Below are positions 9,269 to 17,700 of a stretch of 32,000 bases of DNA, piece by piece. Position 1 is the first letter of the stretch, and each line of letters starts with the position of its first letter. Under the pieces are notes generated by a model. That model had not been told where the DNA came from, did not search any database, and saw only the letters and a list, made by a program, of their open reading frames with translations. The position numbers were made by a program, and so were the translations under genes. The DNA is from Pirellula staleyi DSM 6068 (lineage in GTDB: Bacteria; Planctomycetota; Planctomycetia; Pirellulales; Pirellulaceae): the NCBI GenBank assembly GCA_000025185.1, contig CP001848.1, positions 2,040,001 to 2,072,000 of the forward strand, in the 5' to 3' direction.

Positions 9269-10669
9269 TCAATATCCCAGCATGTGATGCAGCGCCGTAT
9301 CGAGTGTCGTATGCCGAAATTCATAGCCCGATTGCTGAAGTTGGCTTGGCACAACACGCTGCGACGCCAGGAGCAATTCATTCGCCATTTCGCCTAGAAC
9401 AACACGCGCGACGAATCCAGGGAGTGGGAAAATCGTGGGGCGAAAGAGCACGCTACCAAGTGTCTTGGTGAAATCTCGATTCGTGATTGGCTGCGGTGAA
9501 ACGATGTTGACCGGCCCAGCCAGCGACTCGGTCATGATCACGTGATGCAGGGCTGCAGCCGCTTCGTCGAGCGATACCCAGCTCCAAAACTGCTTGCCAC
9601 TCCCGACCACTCCACCACCACCCATCTTGAAGGGAGGGAGCATCTTTGCCAGCGCTCCCCCCGTGGGACTTAGAATCACTCCGAAGCGAGCATTCACGAC
9701 ACGAATGCCAGCTTCCCGAGCCGGAGCAGTAGCCGACTCCCAGTCGCGGCACACCTCTGCCAGGAACCCGGTGCCCGCAGTGCTCTGTTCGTCCAGAAGT
9801 TCATCGCCACGATCGCCGTAAAAGCCGATCGCCGACGCACACACAAGTGTTTTCGGTTTGACACGGAGCTTCGCCAGCGATTCGCAAAGTCGCCTCGTAC
9901 CTACCGCTCGACTATCGCGAATCTTCTGCTTCACCGATGCCGACCAGCGACTTCCTCCGATATTCTCACCCGACAAATGCACCACCGTGTCGATCGGCTG
10001 ATCTGTCGGCAGGATGAGTTCGCCGCTGGCGTCGTTCCAGGTCCCGGTGAGACCATTTCCCGCTAGTTTAGCAGCGTTCTTGCCACCAGCTCGCGAGAGC
10101 TTGATGGCTTGGTGACCACCCGTGGTGAGGAGTGGAACCAGTGCTCCACCAACCATGCCACTGGCGCCAGTGACAGCAATGGTTTGACGCGGCTGCGATT
10201 GATAATGGCTGTGGTGGGCCAGGTCATCCCGTGTTTGGCGGTGACGAAACGCGAACATCCGATCGAGCTTCTTTGCTACGAAACCGGCCCCGAAGAGGGA
10301 CGACATCGGCTGCCCCGGAAGGGAGTACTCAATCCGGTCTTCGAGCGTGCAGCTATTCTCCGACGAACCGTTAAACAGATGCTGATGTTCCCACGACGCG
10401 AATGGTCCGGTCACTTGCGTATCGCAAAATTGTTTGCCCGCGATGTAATCGTGATGACGGGCAAGCCACTTCAGTTTCACGGGGCCGATGCTAGTTTCAA
10501 GAAGTGCTTCAGCGCCGTTTTCGATACCGCCTTTGCGGCTGACGAGCCGAGCCTTTTCCCAGGGTGGTAGTAAACGTTCCAGAGCTCCAGCACGCTCGTG
10601 CCACGCAAAGGCTTCAGCCGCTGATACTGGCAGCGATAACTGCCGTACGAATTTTGTTGTTGCCATCAC
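9269..10669 (-). CDS. SRPBCC domain fused to a TIGR01777-type (YfcH-like, DUF1731) NAD-dependent epimerase/oxidoreductase
   Basis: The N-terminal ~150 aa are lipid-binding START/SRPBCC-like. A Rossmann motif follows (IAVTGASGMVGGALV). The C-terminal PSQLQQSGYEFRHTTLDTAL is typical of DUF1731. GGAGG SD upstream. GTG at 10669 and ATG at 10666 are both possible starts. Confidence 0.85.
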   Translation of the reverse strand: MMATTKFVRQLSLPVSAAEAFAWHERAGALERLLPPWEKARLVSRKGGIENGAEALLETSIGPVKLKWLARHHDYIAGKQFCDTQVTGPFASWEHQHLFNGSSENSCTLEDRIEYSLPGQPMSSLFGAGFVAKKLDRMFAFRHRQTRDDLAHHSHYQSQPRQTIAVTGASGMVGGALVPLLTTGGHQAIKLSRAGGKNAAKLAGNGLTGTWNDASGELILPTDQPIDTVVHLSGENIGGSRWSASVKQKIRDSRAVGTRRLCESLAKLRVKPKTLVCASAIGFYGDRGDELLDEQSTAGTGFLAEVCRDWESATAPAREAGIRVVNARFGVILSPTGGALAKMLPPFKMGGGGVVGSGKQFWSWVSLDEAAAALHHVIMTESLAGPVNIVSPQPITNRDFTKTLGSVLFRPTIFPLPGFVARVVLGEMANELLLASQRVVPSQLQQSGYEFRHTTLDTALHHMLGY

Positions 10670-10699
10670 TAGGCCACCTCCGCGAGGCCCGGGGCGAGA

Positions 10700-10735
10700 T
10701 TGCTAAACGAGCGGAAATCGCCCGTTATTTAGCAA
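10700..10735 (-). other. Inverted repeat/hairpin directly after the sigma-factor stop codon
   Basis: TTGCTAAA (10700-10707) and TTTAGCAA (10728-10735) are perfect reverse complements around a 20-nt loop. There is no U-tract. It lies between the sigma gene stop (10737-10739) and the SD/start of the next gene (10669). Confidence 0.5.
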
Positions 10736-10736
10736 G

Positions 10737-11861
10737 TTACGCCTCTTCGACCGGTGTCAGGTCGATCTCTTCTGCCATGCTTCGTAGCTTACTGATCGCT
10801 CGCATTTCGAGTTGCCGCACACGTTCTTTGCAGACCCCAAACTCACCTGCGAGACTTTGCAATGTTTGAACTTGTTCCTTGCGATCGAGACCAAAGCGGC
10901 AGCGAATGATCGATCGCTCGCGGGGATCGAGTTTGCTGAGCATCTTGGCAAGAGCTCGTCGCAGTTCGTCGAAGCGAGCTTCGCTCATCGTACCAGGACG
11001 CTCTTCTTCTGGCGTGTCCTCGAACAGACTGGTCTCGGCATTCATGAACCGAGTGCGGTCGCGCATCAGTTGCTGCAGCGAGCGGCAAAGAGTGCGGCGA
11101 ACAGCCTGGGTGGCATAAGTGCTGAAGCGAAACCCGCGATCATAATCGAACTTCTCGACAGCTCGCAGCAGTGACGTGATCCCCTCGCTCAGCAGGTCGT
11201 CAAACGAGTTGCGAGCATCCGAAAACTTCTTAGCAATCGATACCACAAGTCGCAGATTGGCTCGCACAATACGGTTGCGATCGGCCAGTGCTTGGGCAAT
11301 CAGACGTTCGATCGAGACAATCAGTTCGCGGTCGGGATGATCGGTATTGATCTTACGGCGGAGAACATCAGCGGTGTATTTCGCGAAGTTCATCCGACGG
11401 AAGAGATCTCGTTCTTCCGTCGGGCTCAAGAGCGAGGTTTCGCACATCCGGGCCAAGTGGGCTGGCATCTCACGGCCAGGAGTCCAGTTGGAGATGGACG
11501 TGGAATCGAGAGGCATCGAACCGAGGATCTCGTGATCGATGCCGGGCTCTTTGAAGGACTCGTTATGGATGTAGTCGAGTTCGGCTGAAGCGAGTGACTT
11601 GGCAGCTGTTCGCCAGTCGCGAGTGGCCGAGGTGTCGATGCTGGCTGGACGATCGGCATAAAGTGCGGCGAGATGCTGCAGTTTCGACAGCTTGCGGCGG
11701 ACCGGTTTGACAGCTTCCTGGGATGAGATTTCCGTGTGGTTTTTAACGAGTTTGCGTTTCGCAGTCGTACTTACTTTGGCGGGTTGGGTCGGGAGTGAGT
11801 CGCGGCGAAGCGAGGTCGACTTTCGCTTGACAGTCTCGCGAATGGGGGAGGCGATGATCAT
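10737..11861 (-). CDS. Sigma-70 family RNA polymerase sigma factor (regions 2, 3 and 4) with a basic N-terminal extension
   Basis: Region 2 is NLRLVVSIAKKF…SEGITSLLRAVEKFDYDRGFRFSTYATQAVRR. Region 4 is RERSIIRCRFGL…TLQSLAGEFGVCKERVRQLEMRAISKLR. The ATG at 11861 is preceded by AAGGAGA at 6 nt. The track start at 11885 is a GTG that contains that SD. Confidence 0.85.
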   Translation of the reverse strand: MIIASPIRETVKRKSTSLRRDSLPTQPAKVSTTAKRKLVKNHTEISSQEAVKPVRRKLSKLQHLAALYADRPASIDTSATRDWRTAAKSLASAELDYIHNESFKEPGIDHEILGSMPLDSTSISNWTPGREMPAHLARMCETSLLSPTEERDLFRRMNFAKYTADVLRRKINTDHPDRELIVSIERLIAQALADRNRIVRANLRLVVSIAKKFSDARNSFDDLLSEGITSLLRAVEKFDYDRGFRFSTYATQAVRRTLCRSLQQLMRDRTRFMNAETSLFEDTPEEERPGTMSEARFDELRRALAKMLSKLDPRERSIIRCRFGLDRKEQVQTLQSLAGEFGVCKERVRQLEMRAISKLRSMAEEIDLTPVEEA

Positions 11862-11951
11862 CGAAACTCTCCTTGGCGGATCCACTTTCAGCTATGCGAG
11901 CCTTGTCGGACGAATTGTCCGAACGATCGGCGGCGACGACTGGCTGAATTA

Positions 11952-12172
11952 AAATCGTTCAAATCGTTCACCGAGGATAATACCGATAAACAGGTGCGGA
12001 GGCAACGTGCAAACGTTCAAATCGCTCAAAACGTCCATGCAGAAAACGCGAAAGGTTGTTGATACAAATGACCTTACCTCTGCATGAATTCTGCAAAAAC
12101 GTTTTTTCTGCGCTAGAAATAAATCGATCCAAGCGCTACAGTGTCCAGTAGACAAATCGTTCAGACCGTTCA
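11952..12172. repeat. Array of 9-10 nt direct repeats (consensus AAATCGTTCA) in the AT-rich divergent intergenic region
   Basis: Exact copies at 11952-11961, 11961-11970 and 12154-12163. Degenerate copies at 12011-12019 (AAACGTTCA), 12019-12028 (AAATCGCTCA), 12028-12037 (AAAACGTCCA), 12121-12130 (AAATCGATCC) and 12164-12172 (GACCGTTCA). They form three tandem clusters (2+3+2) with ~9-10 nt period, plus one isolated degenerate copy at 12121-12130. Confidence 0.8.
11977..12005 (-). promoter_or_regulatory. Candidate sigma-70-type promoter for the sigma-factor gene (TTGCCT-N17-TATTAT on the minus strand)
   Basis: Reverse complement of 12000-12005 is TTGCCT and of 11977-11982 is TATTAT, with a 17-nt spacer. 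It lies ~115 nt upstream of the ATG at 11861 and is flanked on both sides by the AAATCGTTCA-type repeats. The call comes from pattern matching only. Confidence 0.3.
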
Positions 12173-12265
12173 TCGACGGTCTGCTTTTTCCAGGTGTCAA
12201 ATACCTGAAGTATCGATTGGCGTCGTGTTCGTATCGTTTGAGCGTCTCTTCCGAGTGAGCTACCC

Positions 12266-13207
12266 ATGCACGAGCTTTTAACGCCACGACAAGTGGCCCG
12301 TGCGATTGGCGTCAGTGAATCGTCACTCAAACGCTGGTGCGACCGGGGAATGATCCCCATGGTTTGCACCGCTGGCGGACACCGAAGACTCCCTATTAGT
12401 GGGGTTCTTGAGTTCATTCGGGCTCAGCGTCACACGCTTATTCATCCCGAATCGATTGGGCTCCCAAGGGATACCGGTCAGCGTCGGTTGGGGCTCCATG
12501 CGGCTCGTACGCTCCTCGAGCAATCGCTTATCGATGGCGACGAAAATCAAAGTCGCCAAATCATTCTGGATCTTTACCTGGATAACCACCAAATCGCGAT
12601 TCTGTGCGATCAAGTGATTGCTCCTACGTTTCACGCGATTGGCCATCGCTGGCAATGCGGTGAACTGGAGGTCTATCGCGAGCGTCGTGCCTGTCGTATT
12701 TGCATTCGTGTGCTGAGTGAAATCCGATCGCTCATGGCGACCCCTCGCCCCGAAGGGCCTCTCGCTCTCGGTGCCACGCCAGGAGGAGACAACTACGAAG
12801 TGCCAACGGCAATGGTGGAACTCGTTCTGAGGCAAAATGGTTGGAATGCCACTTCGCTCGGATCATCGCTACCCATCGACACGCTCGCTGTAGCCATTGC
12901 CGAGAACAGCCCATCGCTCTTTTGGCTGAGTGTGTCGCATCTAGCTAATCCACGAGAATTCATGGCCGAACTTCCGAAGCTTCTGGCCGCCGCCGGAGAT
13001 CGAACAAGTTTGGTGCTAGGTGGACGTGGCATCACGCACGAAATTCGCGAGCAACTCACCGGTGTTCTGTTCTGCGATTCGATGAGGCAACTTGAGGAAC
13101 TCACGAAGCCGATTTTCGATCGACAGTCGAAAACTTCTGAACTTCCCAAGGTGGTGCAGGACCAGCCTCTCCAGCCAGGTCAGCCCGGTTCAGTCAAGCT
13201 CGGCTGA
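12266..13207 (+). CDS. Transcriptional regulator: MerR/excisionase-type HTH + B12-binding cap + B12-binding Rossmann-like domain (CarH/LitR architecture, degenerate ligand motif)
   Basis: N-terminal HTH is LTPRQVARAIGVSESSLKRWCDRGMIP. Cap-like helical bundle has IGHRWQCGELEVYRERRA. The fingerprint D-N-Y-E-V-P -(41)- S-V-S -(27)- G-G matches the spacing of DxHxxG-(41)-SxL-(26-28)-GG, but with His to Tyr and Gly to Pro. Confidence 0.8.
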   Translation: MHELLTPRQVARAIGVSESSLKRWCDRGMIPMVCTAGGHRRLPISGVLEFIRAQRHTLIHPESIGLPRDTGQRRLGLHAARTLLEQSLIDGDENQSRQIILDLYLDNHQIAILCDQVIAPTFHAIGHRWQCGELEVYRERRACRICIRVLSEIRSLMATPRPEGPLALGATPGGDNYEVPTAMVELVLRQNGWNATSLGSSLPIDTLAVAIAENSPSLFWLSVSHLANPREFMAELPKLLAAAGDRTSLVLGGRGITHEIREQLTGVLFCDSMRQLEELTKPIFDRQSKTSELPKVVQDQPLQPGQPGSVKLG

Positions 13208-13216
13208 ATCGCTCTC

Positions 13217-13238
13217 AGCAGCGAAATTGTTCGCTGCT
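13217..13238 (+). terminator. Hairpin immediately after the regulator stop codon (possible intrinsic terminator with a weak U-tract)
   Basis: AGCAGCGAA (13217-13225), loop ATTG, TTCGCTGCT (13230-13238): a 9-bp perfect stem. The following TGCTCTTCC is only partly T-rich. Confidence 0.4.
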
Positions 13239-13346
13239 TGCTCTTCCGCACTTGACCGCCGCCACACACTTCTCTGACATTCTTCTAAACGCATCGCCTC
13301 CGGCAGGCAGCTTCTCATCCGATTTCCATCGCAAGGTGCCCCGCTT

Positions 13347-14693
13347 ATGCCAGCCCTCAGCCATTTTGCACCGACCCGTTTTTCATGGCCACTTTCATGG
13401 GTCGGTTGGCTGTTGCACGCGGTTGTTGCCGCACTTGCCCTCTCGGCTGCTGTCGGCGATGAACCCCCAACTGCAGCGACTCCTGTAGCGACACGCACCT
13501 GGACCCAGTGGCGTGGTCCTTCGCGGAGCAGTGTGGTGGAGGGGCAAACGTGGCCCGACACCCTGACAGAAAAGAATCTGCAGCAGCGCTTTCGGATTCC
13601 TCTGGGGCCGAGCTATAGCGGACCGATTGTCACCGAGGATCGCGTTTTTGTGACTGAAACGGTCGACGCCTCGAAGGAGGTGGTCCGCGCACTTTCTCGA
13701 ACCGATGGGAGCGAACTTTGGCGAGTGGAGTGGAAAGGGGCGATCATCGTTCCGTTCTTCGCGATGAGCAACGGAAGCTGGATTCGTGCCACTCCAGCCT
13801 TCGACGGAACCACCCTCTATGTCGCTGGGATGCGCGATCTGCTCGTGGCGCTTGAAGCCAGCAGCGGTAAAGAGCTGTGGCGGCTCGATTTCGTGAAGGA
13901 GCTGAAGTCGCCCGTCCCTAGTTTTGGTTTTGTCTCCTCGCCACTCATAGTGGGCGAACATCTGTACGTGCAAGCGGGAAGCGGATTTTGCAAGGTCGAG
14001 AAAGGGACAGGCAAGCTGGTTTGGCGAACGCTTGTCGACGACGGCGGCATGATGGGGAGCGCTTTCAGCTCGCCAGTGCTGGCCAGCATCGCCGGCCAAG
14101 AGCAGATGCTGGTGCAAACTCGCACCAAACTGTGCGGTGTCGAACTTACCGCAGGGAAAGAACTCTGGTCCCTCGAAATCCCTGCTTTTCGTGGCATGAA
14201 CATCCTGACACCGACCGTGATCGGCAATTCGATTTTCACGAGCAGCTACGGTGGCAAAAGTTTGCTGATTGAGGTCGCTCGCGACGGAGAGAAGTGGACC
14301 ACCACCGAGCGCTGGAACACCAAACAGCAGGGCTACATGTCATCCCCGGTGGTGATCGATGGTCAAATCTACCTGCATTTGCGAAACCAGCGATTTACCT
14401 GCCTCAGTGTGGCGGATGGTGCCGAAGCCTTCACCACCAAGCCATACGGCAAATACTGGAGCATGATTGCGAGCGATAAGCGCATGCTCGCGCTCGACGA
14501 ACAGGGAGATCTCTTACTGATTCACGCAACTCCCGAGAAGTTCGACCTCATCGCTTCCCGGAAAATCTCGGACGATGAGACCTGGGCACATCTGGCCATT
14601 GCTCCCTCGACCGACTCCACCAAGCCCGGCGCTTATGACCTATTCATTCGCGAGCTCGAAGCCCTCACCCTCTACACATGGTCCCCTGAGTAG
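13347..14693 (+). CDS. PQQ-like beta-propeller repeat protein (BamB/quinoprotein-fold), secreted
   Basis: Signal-like N-terminus, WTQWRGPSRSS motif, and repeated 'V(F/Y)V…G…(L)VALEASSGKELWR'-type blades. This is typical of planctomycete PQQ-propeller proteins. Confidence 0.85.
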   Translation: MPALSHFAPTRFSWPLSWVGWLLHAVVAALALSAAVGDEPPTAATPVATRTWTQWRGPSRSSVVEGQTWPDTLTEKNLQQRFRIPLGPSYSGPIVTEDRVFVTETVDASKEVVRALSRTDGSELWRVEWKGAIIVPFFAMSNGSWIRATPAFDGTTLYVAGMRDLLVALEASSGKELWRLDFVKELKSPVPSFGFVSSPLIVGEHLYVQAGSGFCKVEKGTGKLVWRTLVDDGGMMGSAFSSPVLASIAGQEQMLVQTRTKLCGVELTAGKELWSLEIPAFRGMNILTPTVIGNSIFTSSYGGKSLLIEVARDGEKWTTTERWNTKQQGYMSSPVVIDGQIYLHLRNQRFTCLSVADGAEAFTTKPYGKYWSMIASDKRMLALDEQGDLLLIHATPEKFDLIASRKISDDETWAHLAIAPSTDSTKPGAYDLFIRELEALTLYTWSPE

Positions 14694-14731
14694 TGCAGGT
14701 GTAGTCGTGACGGCGAATAAGAAACAGACAT

Positions 14732-17700
14732 CTACTCTTTCGGAATCGAGCCGTCTAAATAACGCCACTCTTTGATGTAGGCGAGCAAGTCGGCCATGCT
14801 GGCGTGCGGGATTTGTTTCTCGAGCCCCTCGGGCATCAAGGAAACGCCTGTCGAAAGTAACTGCTCGATCTCGTCGCGCTGGATGACAAGCGTTTTGTCG
14901 CCAGGCTGACGAAGCGTGATGCTGGTGGCTGTTTCGCTCGTCAAGATGCCAGTGGCAGTCGTTCCGTCGACCGTCAGGAGCGAGTAGGCGACGTAGTTGT
15001 TGTCGATAGCGCGGTTCGGCTGAATGATGTCGGCCAGTAACTGCGAGGTCGTTTTCGTGCGCGAGTCGCTGATGTCTGGGGCGACGTTCACGCCAATGGT
15101 GCCGACCTTGTGACAGTTGCTGCAATTTTTCTCAAAAATCACCGATCCCCGTCGTGCATCCCCCGTGAGAGAGAGGGCCTTCTGGTAGTCGGCAAGTGCT
15201 GCAGTCCGATCTTGCGGAATCGCCGAGGCGAGCAGCCGCTCGAGTTCCACGCGAAGTTTCTCGTCGGGATGTTTGGTCAAACGCTGCCGCGCACCGGCAT
15301 CAAGTTCCGACGCCACCAGTTTCTTTTCGCGAAGACCAGCGGCGACAAGCGTTGCGAGAGTTCCGTCGCTGGCGATCTTCGCGACCACCGCGCGGCGAAT
15401 CGCAGGGGGCTCTTGCGGCAACTGATCGACGAGCGCTCTCCAGTGCACGAGCTTGGCTTCCTCTTCGAGCTTCCGTTTCCCGAGCAGATCGATCGCCAAG
15501 AGACGGAGAGCTTGCGAGCTATCGGCAAGGGCCAATTGCACGAGCCAATCGTCCTTCTCACTGAGCGCCGCGGCGACTTCGAGCGCCAGCAATCGCGCGG
15601 TCATCGTTGCTTCAGGATTGACTGCGACCTCTTCGAGCAGTTTGCTTAACTCGGAGCGAAGTGGCTGATCAACAAGTCCCGTAAGTGTTGGCTGCGCGCG
15701 GTTCTGGGCCGTGGCCAGAGAAGCGAGAATCGCCATCGATGCTTCGAGTTGGCTGGCAGTGGCCCTCGACAAAGTCGATCCATGCACGATCGTCGCCCCC
15801 TTCGTGGCGAGCGCTCGAGCCAGGGACTGATCGTCGGCGTTTGTCTTTGAGGCTAGCGCGACCAGCAGCGCGCGATCGATCGCAAAATGCTCGCTCTTCC
15901 AGAGCGCTCCTGGTCGGCTGAGATACCGCTGGGCCAGCAGCAGCGAGCCGCGCGGACCCGCTGCCAAACGATACGCAGCCACCATCCACGGATCGGCAGC
16001 ATCGTCGGCCAGTATCTGCAGGTCGATTTTAGCCGCAAGCTCTTCTTCGCTCTTGGTCAGCGACGCCGGAGTTTGACTAGCAAACAGCCGCCACGAAAGA
16101 AGGGCTTGATACCGGACGCGCGGGTCGGGATCGGCAATGAGCGACTCCGGATTCCACGGACGAGGGAGGGTTTCGCTCGCTTGAATCGCGGCTACTCGAG
16201 TGTGGGGATCTCGCGCGGTGATCGCCAAATGGAGATCTTGCTGCGACAGCTTTCCGGCGATCGCCAGGAGCCAAAGTGCGTGCCGCGAACGCTGGCCATG
16301 ATTTCCCACGGCGATGGCACTTAGTGGTATCGATGGGAGCATTTCTCCGGCGAGGAACTGCTCGTAGATCAGTCGATGCGGGAGGTCGCGATGCTCGCGC
16401 GAATCGTCGGCCAGATCGGCCACGAGGCTGTCGGGGGTCGTATCGATTTGGCGATAGATCCGTTGGCCGCGCGGCTGTTGCGAGGTGACCTGTTTAGGCT
16501 CGATGCGCCAGATACGCCCCGAGCTATTGCCCCAGCGCAGATCCTTGCGTCCCCGGAGTTCGTCGGGCATGAACTCGGGATGCTCGATCACCGCACGACA
16601 AAAATCGACAACGTACAAACTTCCATCCGGTCCGACCTCGAGGTTCACCGGACGAAACCAGTCATTCGTCGACGAAAGGAATTCGTGGTCTTCGTAAGGG
16701 GATTGTGAATGGAGCGCCGGGCTGTTGCCACTCAGCTTTTCGAAGTGGACGAAGTTCCCCGTGGGATCGCAGGTGAAGATGCCGCTTCGATAGGACTCGG
16801 GTAAGAAATTGCCTCGATAGCAATGCACACCACAGGCGGCTGTGAATTGACCCGCGTGCAGATTCGAGGTAGTCCAGGCTTTGCTGCGCGGAAACACGCG
16901 CGACGCTTCACCAAACGGAGCGACGTCGTGCACCACGCTGACGACCGAAATCTGCGGGCTCGCCGCGAGATACTTTTCGGCAATCATCACCTGACGACAA
17001 GGGTTGCGATTGCTCACCAGCAGTCGCTCGTCGGCAGGTCCATAGCAAAGTCCAAACTGCGATTGACCGCTCGCCGCAACGAACTTCCCGGTGCGAGGAT
17101 GGAAGCGAAAATCGCGCCCCGACAGATCGACAGCCGGCTCCTCGGGAAACTTGGGGCTCGTTACTTTGCCCCCCCGCAAGCCACTGGCAACGTCGATCCA
17201 GCCATCGATGGCAAGTCGGGGATGGCTGGCCCGCAGTTGCTGATTCTGTTCAGCGAAACCGGTATACCAAACCTCTTGTTCGTCGCAAACGAAATCGCCG
17301 TTGGTGTCTTTCATGTAAACGACATTGCCGGAAACTGTGACGAACGCTCCACCGCGCCAAGGCTGCATGCCGGTCACATAGCGGAGGTTATCGGCGAACA
17401 CGGTCGACACGTCGAACACCCCATCGCCATCGGTGTCGCGCAGGATGCTGATGCGCGAGGAAGGCGTGTTGCCCCCTTCTTCGACGAACGGATAGTCGCG
17501 CATTTCAGCGACCCAGAGTGCGCGATGCTCGTCGAAACGAATGGCCACCGGGTCGATCACCAGTGGCTCGGCGGCGGCTAGCGAGATGCTCAGGTCGTCG
17601 GGAAGTTTCAGCGAAGCGAGAATGGTTTGAGGGGTGGGAGGCTGCGGCTCACTGGCCAGCAGTGGGCTCTCGCTTAGGAGAGCGAGGAGGGAGCAGAGCG

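Noticed and set aside
11949-12417. Two minus-strand ORFs (112 aa and 93 aa) in or over the AT-rich divergent region and the 5' end of the regulator gene
   Set aside because: They cover the repeat/promoter region, have unusual composition and no SD, and overlap the well-supported HTH-coding start. Non-coding regulatory DNA explains the region better.
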